Position numbers and translations under genes: made by a program
Shown here: piece by piece, positions 1-13,017 of the stretch
How the letters are laid out: every line of letters begins with the position of its first letter
How positions within the stretch are numbered: position 1 is the first letter of the stretch
The notes under the pieces: generated by a model
What the model saw: the letters and a program-made list of their open reading frames with translations, nothing else
What the model was told of the DNA's origin: nothing
Databases searched by the model: none
Source of the DNA: the human T2T-CHM13v2.0 reference genome, Homo sapiens
Reading direction: 5' to 3' (one strand)
DNA: 64,000 bases
Assembly (NCBI RefSeq): GCF_009914755.1
Contig: NC_060933.1

Positions 1-1164
1 CAGGCCTCACCGAGACACCAAGGATGATGGTTCCTGGTACAGAAACTGTAAATAAGCCCTTCGGAGACAGTGCTGGCAAGGGCCTTCCACATCACTTGAG
101 TCAGTTTCATGTTTCATTTCTGAATCTGATTGCCATGAAACTACAGTGAACCAGACACTATATTCCACCGGTTAAACTGGACACTTTTTCCAATCTGTGA
201 TGGTGCACGCACTGCTTCATGCTGCCATGCATGTTCTGAGTAAACAACTGCGTCCCCGCACACTAACTGGTAGAAGTTCCTGGTAGCTAGAGGTATTTTC
301 CAAACAGACACCGAGAGAGTGCTGGGCTGCAAAGTATCATTGCTGGCCCAAGCCATTAGCTTCAGGGAGAGGATGTATTATGTTTACCACAGATTGATGG
401 GACTAATTTACAGAATCATCATAAATGCTATGTATCTCCTCAGTCTCTCACATAGCCTTTTGTAGACAGAAAGATAAATCTGAAGCTCGGAGCAAGCTCA
501 TTTAATTTTCGCCTGACAGCTAGTAATAACAGAAGCATCTTATAAAAGTTATGTTTCAATGAAAAAAATCTATTACTGGGCGTACAAAACACACTTGCAT
601 TAATTACATTCTCTTTGCACTGTATTTAACAAAAGGTCAAGACGTTACCCCCCCAAAAAGGAACAAATGAAGAGAATTCTACCTATCTGAAATTTTCTTT
701 TCTAATTTTCCAGGAATTCAATCGCACACTCTGTCCTTTAATTAGTTACTACATTTAATTAAATCTGATGTTCTGAAGATGACTAGCCAGAAATATGATC
801 AGACATATAACAAGGATCAATTATTCTCCAGCAGATGATATTTCTATATTTCTAAATTTGCCTGTGTCTAGAACATACCTTGCCTGTCATGCTGGAATAC
901 TGGAAAAGAGTAAGACACAGGGACAGAATTTTTTCATATTTTGTCTTCAAAATTGGTATCAGGTGAAATGATTTATAATAGCAAAAGCCAATACCTTTTA
1001 TTTTCAGTGTTTCTGGGCAGTAGTAGGATATGAGTGTGAGGTAATGCTTTTTAAGGAAATTATGGTGCTCAAAAATTGTAAATAGTGAAGGTTATCTTAA
1101 AGAGAAAAGAAATGTTCCTGAACTAAGAAAATCTCCAGCAGGACATGGAGCTAAGGGTATTGTT

Positions 1165-1819
<655 letters not shown>

Positions 1820-2164
1820 TAAAAGATTTGTAGGAAGGTTTAAACCTTCTAACCTCCTGACGAAACATGTGCATGGGGAAGGCCAGTGCAGCAGAAGGAG
1901 TGGAAGGCGCTGCTTCCAAACCTAGCTATGTTCCTAGTATTTGCAGCAGGCAGTGATCTCTCATTCAGCAAAGACAAGCTGCAGATGTACCAGGTGATGA
2001 CCCAGAGCTACTTACTGGCCACCAACTCCTCCTCTCTCATTCTGTGCTGCTTATTTAGACCCCAGGAAACGAAGAGAAATGGAGAAAACAAAAGGTAACA
2101 GATACACTACAACCTCACATAACTATAACCACTGTGTAGGCACATGTCATTGTTTGTTAAAACC

Positions 2165-2300
2165 TCGTTCTTCACTGTGTGGTCTTCAAACCAGCTTCAG
2201 CATCAGTGTCACCTGAAGCTTAGCAGAATTTCAGAATTCCAGATGCAATTCCTAATGAATGATAATTTTCATTTCAACAGAAAACTCAGGTTAAAAATGT
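2165..2300. mobile_element. MER5-type (hAT-Charlie) fragment
   Basis: 'cactgtgtggtcttcaaaccagc..agcatcagtgtcacctgaagcttagcagaa' resembles MER5A/B. Confidence 0.5.
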
Positions 2301-2334
2301 GAAATTGTGGTCTTTTGTTCATTCTTAAACTTTA

Positions 2335-2466
2335 ATCTAGAGTATAAGCTCTAAGAGGGAAGATATCTTCACCTTATTGGAAACTGATATGTTCCTAATG
2401 ACTAAAACACATGCCTGGCACATACTGAATGCTCACTATATAACTGTTGAATGAATGACTGAATGG
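2335..2466 (+). mobile_element. L2 3' end
   Basis: 'tagagtataagctc...tgcctggcacatactgaatgctc...tgttgaatgaatgactgaatg', the typical L2 tail. Confidence 0.7.
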
Positions 2467-2748
2467 GATTGATGAAATCTATGACTGTTGCAACAAAATC
2501 CTGGCTTCCTTGGATGCCATTATGGGACATGACTATTGTAATCAGCAGGAGCAAAAAAGTGTATTCTATTAAATGCAGGAAATATTTATTGAGCAAATTC
2601 CAAGAATTATGACACTGTAATAAATCAAACAGGTGTTGATAGGCTAAATTTGACTTCAATGATGCAAAGCTTTTTTTTTTTCAGATAATGCTAATTGATG
2701 ATATAAAAAAAGATGTCACATGAACTGCTTTAAAATTTTACCTCTTTA

Positions 2749-3032
2749 CACCAGGCGCGGTGACTCACACCTGTAATCCCAGCACTTTGGGAGGCTGAGG
2801 CAGGCCAATCACCTGAGGTCAGGAGTCAAGACCAGCCTGGCCAACATGGTGAAACCCTGTCTCTACTAAAACTACAAAATTAGCCAGGCATGGTGGCGCA
2901 CGCCTGCAATCCCAGCTACTCAGGAGGCTGAGGCAGGAGAATCACTTAGAACCCGGGAGGTGGTGTGAGCTGAGATCGCGCCACTGCACTCCAGCCTGGG
3001 TGACAGACAAAAAAAAAACAAAAAACAAAAAA
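2749..3032 (+). mobile_element. AluS with small internal deletions
   Basis: 'ccaggcgcggtgactcacacctgtaatcccagc...cactccagcctgggtgacagac' followed by an A-rich tail. Confidence 0.93.
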
Positions 3033-3039
3033 CCCTTAA

Positions 3040-3240
3040 AACAACTTTTTTAAGGTATAAATTACACACCACAAAATCCACCCAATATAAAAGTGAAATT
3101 CAATGATTTTTTAGTAAATTAACTGAGGTCTGCAACTCTCACCACAATCCAGTTTTAGAACATTCTCATCACCCCAGTGAGATTCCTCATATCCATTTAC
3201 AGTTAATCCTTATTCCTACCCTCAACTCCAGACAATTTCT
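3040..3240 (-). mobile_element. Old L1 (L1MB/ME-type) 3' end, reverse orientation
   Basis: 'ggtataaattacac...ttcaatgattttttagtaaat...caccacaatccagttttagaacatt' matches the reverse complement of L1M 3' ends. Confidence 0.75.
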
Positions 3241-3244
3241 TTCT

Positions 3245-3246
<2 letters not shown>

Positions 3247-3276
<30 letters not shown>
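3247..3276 (+). repeat. (A)30 homopolymer
   Basis: Counted directly; not the tail of a + strand Alu. Confidence 0.95.
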
Positions 3277-3278
<2 letters not shown>

Positions 3279-3458
3279 CATTTTGAGGATTTCTCAATCA
3301 GGTACATGATTGATACTGTACATGCAATTCTTCTTGGACATTTAGTAAAGAAGTCCAGTAAGGATCTCTATCTGCCATACACCTGGCCAATTCATTTTCA
3401 GTTACTGTGTACCTGAAAATCATTTTGAAATCAATTTTTCTTTAAAAATTCTCTATCC

Positions 3459-3772
3459 TGCTGGGCGTGGTGGCCCATGCCTGTAATCCCAGCACTTTGG
3501 GAGACCGAGGCGGGCAGATCACCTAAGATCAGGAGTTCAAGACCAGCCTGACTAACATGGTGAAACCCTGTCTCTACTAAAAATAGAAAATTAGCCAGGC
3601 GTGGTTGCACGTGCCTGTAGTCCCAGCTACTCAGGAGGCTAAGGCAGGAGAATCACTTGAACCCAGGAGGCAGAGGTTGTAGTGAGCCAAGATCGGGCCA
3701 TTGCACTCCAGCCTGGGCAATAGAGCGAGACTCCACCACAAAAAAAAGAAAAAGAAAGAAAAGAAAAGAAAG
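3459..3772 (+). mobile_element. AluS, full length, (GAAAA)-type tail
   Basis: Dimeric Alu consensus with an A-rich tail. Confidence 0.95.
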
Positions 3773-3784
3773 ATATTAGTATAT

Positions 3785-4195
3785 GAGGATAAGTATACCA
3801 GCATATTTACTGCTTAATGTGTTACAGGGGCAGCAACACAGGACACATGCCTGAATCCTCGGTTATAATACATCAATACTACAGACTGTGATGCAGCTAT
3901 CAAGAAGAATGTGTTACAGTTACATGAAGTGACCTGGAGAGATATCCATATTATGATGCTAAGAGACAAATGCAATGTCATGAGAAAGATGGATGATATG
4001 ATCCCATTTTCTGTAAGGAAAATCATATATGTGTATATATTTGTATGCTTCCACAACCGTAAAGAATGTGCAGAAGGACAGGCACCAAGCTCTTCACACT
4101 TATTATTTTAAGGGGGAGAGTGATGGAGGCTCAGGAGGTGAGGAAAATACTTTGTGCATTGTTGTGAGCAAATAATGCTTTGTTGTTTGAAAATA
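3785..4195 (+). mobile_element. L1ME-type 3' region, degraded
   Basis: 'atgcagctatcaagaagaatg...acctggagagatatccat...atatgatcccatttt' resembles an old L1 3' UTR. Confidence 0.55.
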
Positions 4196-6795
4196 AGACC
4201 CCATAAATCATATCTTCAAAAACTGGAATTACATTTTCCATTAACTCAGGTTAACTTTCTCATCCCTTCCTTTTCGCCATAAATCTAAATTCATACAATC
4301 TGTCCGAAGGTGTGGGCTAAAATACGATGTGGATTCTTGAGATCTCTGGGTTATAATTTTAGAGTTTTCAAAATTGGATTTCAAATCTATTGTCACTAGT
4401 CTAAGGGGGTGAAGACCTTGGCAGCATGATTTTATCATGTAGCAGGAGCAGAATGATCGTCAGCAGGAAGCCTCACCTTTAATGGCTTTCAAAGTTCTTC
4501 TAACTGAATGGGACAGTGGAGATACGGTAAATGCTTAGATTCCCAGTGCTGATGATAGGGAGCTTAACAGCACTTGTCTCAATACTCATGGTAGCCTAAT
4601 TAAATAATACAGAAAGCATATCAGTTAAGCAACAAACAAAATTTTTTTAAAGGAGGTAGCATTTTCAGTATCACCAAATGAAATGCTGACTATATGCATA
4701 TGAAAAATACATATACGTGTGATAATCCGTCTATACAAAATGCTTAACAGTGATATATTAAGGAAAAATGTTTGATTAAATTATACAAATTATATAAGAA
4801 AGCTAAGGTATTGTATTTTTATGTTCTCCATAGGTAAGGTTTTTTTCACCTTTATAATGTTATTCTTGCCAATTTCATCATTTTTAACAGTAAATCTTTT
4901 AATTTAAAGTATTATATCCAGGAAACTACATAAATGATAGTACAATTCAGTTAATTGTTATAAATTGAAGAACTCATGTAACCACCATAGATCAAGTAAT
5001 AGTACATTTCATTATTACTCCTAAAAGAAATTCAATCTTTAATTCTGGAAAAGAAAGTCTGAATTACCAAATACATTTGGTACATTTAGGGAGTTACTTC
5101 ATCCACTGGGGTTTAGACTGGACTGTCTGGGTAAAGATCTAACTATAAGTGAGTGAGCAAATTTAAATATGACTCCACAGAGTCTAGGGACAAGACACCC
5201 TTTGCAAAAGTGTGTTAGGCTCCATCAAAACGGCTTGGCTTTTTTTCCATTGTGTCACAGAAGCAATTGTCAGGACCAATGACTTGTCCGTGTTTGAGTC
5301 ACAGAACTAAAGCCAAAGCCTTGACTCACCTCTAGGTTCATTTTTCCCCTTGTCTGCTTTGTCACCAAGGTGTAGTGTGATGAAATGCATATGACCTGGC
5401 AAACTGAACAATGAGCCTCACTGTTCGAAGAAGGTAAAACAGACGATTAATTTGTCAGCACAAAGTGAAGATTCAGAAGGCTGAAATATCAATCTCCTTT
5501 TCAGTCTATTATTCTTTCTTTGAATAAAAGGTTGCTTATAATTCACATTAGGTTAGAAATGCAGAAGTTCAAAAGCGAGCAAACCTTGTGCTATACGTTC
5601 CCTACACCTCACAGGAAATATCTCCAAAGAAGAAGAGGTCTGCGGAAAGGATTTACTAAAGCCCAATGTTTCCACTCAAAGTAGACCTTCTTTTGGTCTT
5701 GCACATATCAGATACATAGCCACTTGGTGACTTGATCAGAACTGATACGAAGTAATCAAGATCAATTTCATGAAAGCAGAGATCTCAGGAATATGGACCA
5801 TGAAGTGATTGTTGTTTATAGTAATCAGCACCTTCAGCTGGGCTCAAGATTCCAAAAGCCCAGGATAGCTCTTTGATTCTTCTGGAGATCTTCTTTTCCC
5901 AACCAAATACAGCCACTGTGAAGAACTCAGCTTGCTGTGTATGAAGCTACCAAAATAACTTGGGTCCCTTGTTTCTGAGTTCCATGACCAAGCTTGTCAG
6001 AAGCCCCAGATGGTTGCTTTCAGTCACTCCTAATGACAGGAAAGCTAGGCAATCCAGCACCTCTGTCCAGAAACTGAGTAAAATTCAAAAAGTGGCATTT
6101 TCACAGTATACTTTCAGGGAAGGAAGCTAGGTGAGGGGCTTTAGATCAATTCTGTTATTTCCTGTTTCAGGGGCAAATCTTGCAACTTGGTGGACAAATG
6201 CTACCTATGATAAAATATTTTATTTAGAATTGTACAGTCATTTCATGTTCCAAGTGAGTAACGTTCACTGCATTCACACACAACCAGGAAGTCAGTAATT
6301 TAGTGTTAGCTTTCGTCTCTGCCTAAATGCAAAAGTCTGACACATAAGATAATTTGAAAACAATTATTAAGGGTGGTTTTCAGAGCTGGTACACACATAT
6401 AACCAGCAAATATCTGGCACAGATCCTTCTACTTTAGCTCAGAGATTTCCTAAAGAGGACAGTAAACAAGACCCTCTCTGTTTCACTGATGCTAGTAAAG
6501 GGATTAAAATAGTCATAAACAAGATTTTTTAATGGTGGAAAAACTCAAAAGCAATGTAATATTACAGTCCTTATATTATGAGAAGATGAATCGTGTTGAT
6601 TATTTTTTGACAGAAGACTCTTGATAATTCATGGAACAGGAAGTCCAAAATGTAATTTCTTTCCTAGACAATCTGGGCAAACAAATGCATTATTTGTAGA
6701 AGAAATTTTTATTTTGTCAACCTAAAAGTTTGCCATAGACATCTTCTTTAAAAATACAGAAATAAGAGACTACCAGTGTTACCTTGCCCCTGAAC

Positions 6796-6887
6796 AAGGC
6801 CCAGGATGCTGCTAATGCACAGGACAGCCCTCATAACAAAGAACTATCTGGCTGAAAATATTAGTAATGTAGAGGTTGAGAAGCCCT
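6796..6887. mobile_element. MER20 fragment
   Basis: 'ggatgctgctaatgcacaggacagccc...acaaagaactatctggc...gaggttgagaagccct' matches a MER20 terminus. Confidence 0.75.
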
Positions 6888-7164
6888 ATCCTATAGCATG
6901 GAGTTGCAGGATTATTCAGCAGAGCAGAAACTGAGATTAAGTTGATCATACACACAAACCTCTCACTCAGCACAGTTCAATTTCTTCTAAACTTTGGAGA
7001 ACAATTTACCAAGTAAATATCCTAGTGTGAAGCTGGCAATTGAAGAGAGAAGGATGAGAAGATGAGTATTCCCAAAGTTAAACAATGAGTTCAAAGCAGG
7101 TTCAGAGGCACAACATTGGCTGTATTTGCCCTGCTATATGACTTTAGTATTCTGAGGGGAAATA

Positions 7165-7362
7165 AAAAAAGGATGGGGAAGAAGAAATGGAAGGAAAAGA
7201 GGGAGAAAGGGATGGAATGGAGAAAGGGAGGGAGGGACGGAGAGAAGGAAGGAAGGGAGGATCGATCAAAGGAAAGAAGGAAGGATCGAAGGAAGGAAGG
7301 AAGGAAGGATTAATTGAAGGAAGGAAGGAAGGATTGATCGAAGGAAGGAAGGAAGGAAGGGA
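7165..7362 (+). repeat. GA-rich, interrupted (GGAA)n microsatellite
   Basis: Runs of up to 4 consecutive GGAA units separated by GATCGA/GATTAATT spacers. Confidence 0.95.
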
Positions 7363-8082
7363 GCCTTATGCTTTCCATCACCATCAAAGAATGGAGCAAT
7401 GGCAAGATAGCCATGTCACCCACCCCTCTCAAAGTGGAGAACATTTGGAGCTCATTTTAGACCTCCTGTCCACATGAAGACACTACACACTTTCTGCCTA
7501 TGTCACATCAGAAGGAGCTTGAGGCTGAATTCTATTTTATGCTTTAATGGTGTCACTGGCACAAAGCAGCCCTTACTCGGTTGAGGGAAAAGTAACCCAG
7601 CCTTAAAAGAAAAAGTCATTATCTGATCCCTATGCAGTCATCCCTTATACCTAAAAATGCTATTTTTCAGAAATGAGAAAATTCTAAATAAGCCATTGGG
7701 GGAAACTAATAACAGGTTTGTGAGAAGAAGAGAGAAAGGGAAATGAAAAGGGATCTATTGCACAACAAAGACACAGACACAACTGACATGCAAGGGCTCT
7801 GTTGGCACATGACTGCCAGGATGCAAAGCTGGGTCTAAGCACAACAAACTAACCCACGGTACACACAGTAGCATGACAGGCCTATGGTTATCTGATTGGC
7901 ACACCGTAACTGCTCTATTTCGTGCATTTACACTTAAGCCTCTAATAATAGTTCTTTGAAAAGCACTGTCTTGTATTTAACTGATGATTGGCTCCAGCAA
8001 TTAAATCTTACCACACTTTAGAATGCTGGACTATTCTGCTGCTTCCCAGAGTTGGAAAGAAAGGAGTTGACTCACATCTTAC

Positions 8083-8167
8083 CCATCTCACTCCAGGTCA
8101 GCAATGGCACTGGAGGCAGTGCTGCGGATACTGAGGATATTGCTGTTTTGAGTGGCATGTGTTTGCT
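8083..8167 (-). other. Candidate internal exon (85 nt)
   Basis: Minus strand reads tactcac (branch-like) tgttttctccag|AGCAAAC...GAGATGG|gtaaga; phase 0 is open (SKHMPLKTAISSVSAALPPVPLLTWSEM); no transcript evidence available. Confidence 0.4.
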
Positions 8168-9124
8168 CTGGAGAAAACAGTGAGTAACAGGAAAGATCCC
8201 GCTATTTGTGGTCCAAGAAGGGGCTTTTGTTCAGAAAGGTGTTTTGGGACACTTACTGCTCACGTAACACACTAGCGTGTTAGCATTTCGTATCTCTACT
8301 AGTTTTCATGTCTAGATCAGAATGCCATATAAAGGTATACTTTCCTATGGAAGAGTAAATGTCTATGTTGTTTACAAAAAACTTCTGCTTTGGTAAGTAC
8401 TGCTTGATTTGGGGAAGATGAAACTAGATATAGGTCCTCTTATCCCCTCCAGTAAGGCTTAAGATGGTTCTTCTCTTTTTAGGATGAAATCTGTGCATAT
8501 GACAAATCATCCCAGTTCTTTATTCCTCTACCTAATGTAACTTCAAACGTCCCTCATTCTATACTCTGATTATTGGTTATCTCTGGATCCTATAAATGGG
8601 AGAGGAGAGTATGGTCACTGCTCAGTTTTGGAGGGCATGTTAGCCTGCAAAGGCCCTGTGTTACAGATAATGGGGTCCTCATGGGGAGCTTCCCAAAGGA
8701 AGCATGAGCTTCTCTTTTAGTATTTGGGCTTGCCAGCTTCCATATTTCTGGTTTCTTGACTGTAGTTTCAAAAAGGGTTTTTTTTGTTTGTTTGTTTGCT
8801 TTCTGATAGATTATCATAGGGTTACATTTCACATAAGCCATCTTTAGGCACTTTTCTCCTTGTAAAATACTATGAAATGTGGTGGGCACAAAAGCTTTAG
8901 GACTTGAGGTTATAGTACTATGTGAAAACTCTTTCTATCTGTGTGTTTAGTTTATATATTTACTTTCCTGGTATTAGTAAGTTTATATGTTTTAATTTAT
9001 TCCTCAAGTTGTTTTAAAAAATGATTTAAGAGAGACTTCGCTTATAGAAAAGCATATGTTGATCTTTGCATTGTAATACTTCTTCCCAAAACACGTTAGA
9101 ATGAGTCACGGTAGTTCTAGTGAA

Positions 9125-9794
9125 TCTCTCTTCTGACGCTGATTGCAAGAGTTAAGCAAACTGCAAAGTTTGAGGGCAAATTCCTCCACATTTCTGACAC
9201 CACCTGTAAGTCTATGGTGGTGGGGGGTTCCTCAAAACACCTTCAGGTGCAATAATTCATGAGAAGGACCCACAGAACTCACTGAAGCTATCATATTCAT
9301 AGTTATGGTTTATTACAGAGAAAAAATACATATTAAGATCAACAAAGGGAAGAGATGCATAGGGCAAGTCTGCTAGGGTTCCAAATGCAAATGCTGCCAT
9401 TGTTCTCAGAGTGTGATATCCTCCTGGGATCAAATGTGTGACAATATACACGGAGTACTGCCATCCAGGGAAGGTCACCTGAGCTTTGGTGTCTAGAGTT
9501 TTTATTAGGGCTCCATTGCATCATTGATTAATTGTTTATGTGGTAGATCTCAGTCTCCAAGTTGACTGATATTGTGTGTCCCAAAGCCTCCACTCTAAAT
9601 TATATGGTTGGTCTTCCTGGCATGGCCTGTCCCACCTTAACACTGTTGGGTGTGGCTGGTCCAACCTAATATCTGGTGTGGCCAGCTCCCAAATTAAACA
9701 AAGACACTCCGATCAGATATTAATATGAATTACCTCCCAGAAGTTGAGGGCAAGGAGAACTCTCTTTGGGCGAAGTCAAGTTCTTTATTACACA
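9125..9794 (-). mobile_element. MER21-type (MER21C-like) solo LTR
   Basis: Minus strand starts TGTGTAATAAAGAACTT..CCCAAAGAGAG and contains AATAAA; internal 'acagaactcactgaagctatcatattcatagttatggtttattacag' matches MER21. Confidence 0.8.
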
Positions 9795-12207
9795 AAAAAT
9801 TTACCTGTTATTACTAATCGTGCTAATCCTAGCCTATTCCTAACTATGATACTTTACTATAAAAATCATTTTCACACAAAGCTGTTGGGAAATTTTTAAA
9901 TAAGCAGCAAATTAAATCTAAGAATAAATATCTCTAATAACATAAAATTAAGACTATCAAAACCAGAAGGCAACATCCCAATAGTAGTTAAAATGAGAAT
10001 CACAGAGAAAGAGCTTGAAAAATACACACCATTTCAAACCACATAATTAAGAAGGGAAACCATTAAAATTTTCGACATCTTATTTTTGTAAAACTTTTAC
10101 ATGTTTACTTAATGTTGCTGCTGAAAGCTAACCAAATTTTTTATTGTAATCTCAAGCCTCACAGATCTATGTTAGATTTCTTAAAAGAAAATTCTTATAA
10201 AAAAATCAAACATTTATGAGCTCAGATCACTTATGATTCCTGTAAGTGCGAAAAATAAATGGACATATGGTACAAATTCTCACTCATTTATACTTTATTT
10301 TGCAAGTGAGATGTGTAAAGCTCTTCAAGACCTTCCCAACCATACATGAAAACAGAGGAAAGAGTTCTGGATTTACACCTTTTTTTTTCTTTCCCAACAT
10401 GAAATTTTATGAATTACATACAGTGGCAGGTCAAGAACTGAGTTTGAATAAATTAATGAATGGTTTCTACTGCAATCAACAAATTCAGTGAATACAAAGA
10501 GACTATGGTTTAGTTTTACCCTTTTCCTTCTTTTCTAATTAAATTCTAGATACAGAGCCTCCCTCGAATGCAGAGTTAACAGTGGGGTTGTGTTTCTGAT
10601 CAACAGAAGCTGCTGGATTACACCTTGTCCACAGATATAAAAAGGTAGTAAGTTCCATAAAGAAACTCTGTCCCCATTTGAAATCTCTATTGCTTAGTGC
10701 TTTTAATGCAATTGGGGAACTGACTGGGAGCAGAAAACTATCCCAATGACAGACATATGAGGACTCTGCTATTTTCTAAAAGTCAATCAGCACCATTTGT
10801 GCCCGCAGAAAAACCAATCGCTCCCTAATGCAGAAGGCTGAGAGTACATGGGGAATATACAATGAAACTATTACAAGTTTAAAAGAACAGCATTCATATT
10901 TTTTTTTCCACCTAGGAAGTGTTAAAGACTATGAATTGCAGCTGAGGGAGAATTAAAGTCCCTATTTACACATTTCACTGTGCCTGCAAAGCTGAAAAAG
11001 AAATGAACTCAGTTGTAAAAGTATGCAGTTCGCTCAGGCAATTTCATTGTCTTAGTGTAGGAGAAAATGTCCTTTAATGTCATCAGCTAAGAAAAGGTGA
11101 ATATTCAGGAATCAAAAAGCACCAGAAATGTTAACATTAAAAAGAAAAAGAAAGGTGATAGGACTAGAAACGTGATAAGGCACATGGAGGATGTGTGGGA
11201 TTTGGAGGAAGAGGCATGCGAAGAGGGGAGAGAAGCCTCCTAAATCAGGGATTTGCAGCTGGAATGGGAAAAGATTAGAATTTCTGGGGTTGCAATGTAG
11301 TTTGAAAAAGGACATTAAACAATATAATCTTATATTGTGAATATAGAAACATACCTTTCATTTTTGTAACACAAACCTTGGTGAGTCTAGCCCTATGAAA
11401 TCTTCTTGGCTGATGGAGACAAGCCCATTCTAAACTAGCAGCCAAGAAGATTCTCAACAGGAGAGGGAGTGGGCAGTTGGAAGAGTAATGTACAAAACAA
11501 GTACACTCCCAGGGGGGCACAGGAATAGGGAAAGGACTGAGATTTGCTTTGTGCTTATTGGAAGAGGGCATGGTGTTTTAAAAATTGAATAACACTGTCC
11601 AAAGTCATCCTAAAAGTATTACTAACACCTTCAGAACCCTGTTTAGTAAGAGCCATTACTGCTGTATCTGTCAAAGTAACCTTGGGCGATTTGACTTTTT
11701 GGAATACAAACCTCTGGCACTTTTCTGGAACCTAGCTGACCTCTGGATAGGGTACTTTATTGTGTTTCTGCATTTGCATTGCATCATTTTTTTTTTTTTT
11801 TGAGAAGCAAAAAGTACCTTATAGGTGCTTACTTTTAAGTAAAATAAAAAGTCTAAAATAGACTAGAAACCAGTAACATGCCTTAAGGTTTTACTTGCAC
11901 TCTTCCAAATAAACATATTTGGTTCTTTTTTATGTCACTGGTTTTTGTCCATCGTGACAAGTCTCACAGATTCATTAGGAGGAAAAATATCAAGCTATCA
12001 TCATATAAAGACCCCACAGAAAACATCAAGAAATTCAAAACCTCTCTCTGCTTCCACAGCCCTCATTAAAAAATTGCACCTGTCAATAAAACACAGATAA
12101 ATTAGGTGACTGTAAGTGAAAACTGCTAAGGTAAATCAGTAACTAAAAAAACTAAACCCCAGGTAGGTGAAACACCATTAAATCTGTCGCTGTCTCATCA
12201 GATCAGC

Positions 12208-12280
12208 AGCCAATCAGGTCCTGGCGGGCCATATGTGTATTTATAAATATATCTGCTAATGTAAAGGTCGCACTGCTCAC
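12208..12280 (+). promoter_or_regulatory. Candidate Pol II core promoter: CCAAT, GC box, TATA and Inr-like CA
   Basis: AGCCAATCAG 12208-12217, GGCGGG 12223-12228, TATAAATA 12242-12249, and an Inr-like A at 12272, 30 bp after the TATA start. Confidence 0.35.
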
Positions 12281-13015
12281 TGCTCAGGGAAATCAGGCAC
12301 ATTTGGAACCATCCCTAGAAGATTTTGGTTTCTTTAAAAAAATATTTTGACAATTTGTGACAAATGCAATCCTGCCCCCATATGTTTTGTACTATTTAAA
12401 GGGAAATGACACCCAGTTGCCTTCACATCAACATGTGAATTTTTTTTTTCTTTTAATAATGAAGTTAGAAGATGAGAGGGGAGGCAGGTTACCTTCCATA
12501 CATCTTTAAAAGATGTAAATATCTTTCCAAACTTTATATTTCCACACTTGTCCAAGAGGACAGAGCTTCCAAAATCTGTGTTACTGCTCATGACATAGGA
12601 AATCACAGAAATTTTTCTTCCAAATTGGAGGCTGAAGTGGAAAAATAACTGGAATGACAAGAAAGCGATGGCAGATTCTTGCCACCAAATGCAGTCTTCT
12701 GTCCCATTGCCTATTTTTTTTTTCCGGCTCAGTAACTCCTTCCCCTTTCTAAGTATGAGTAGGAAAAGGACTCTTGAAATGCTCCCCTCTGACACCCTCT
12801 GAAGAAACCTCTAATGAATTAATTTAGAACATCTGGATGAATTCAGAACATCTCAATCAGGCCCAAGAGTAACATCACCATAAGGCTGCAAGAGCCAGAA
12901 GTGAAGAATAAGCTTCAAATAGGACACACCCATTTACTTGCATCTCACCCCATTCCTTAGTGCCAACACAGTGACAAGGTTTCTCTATGGCATGGGAGAC
13001 AGAAATCCTCCCCCT

Positions 13016-13017
<2 letters not shown>

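Noticed and set aside
7116-7477. Lys/Glu/Gly/Arg-rich ORFs
   Set aside because: Translation of the GGAA microsatellite
10550-10645. Plus-strand exon-like segment
   Set aside because: Stops in all three frames and a weak donor
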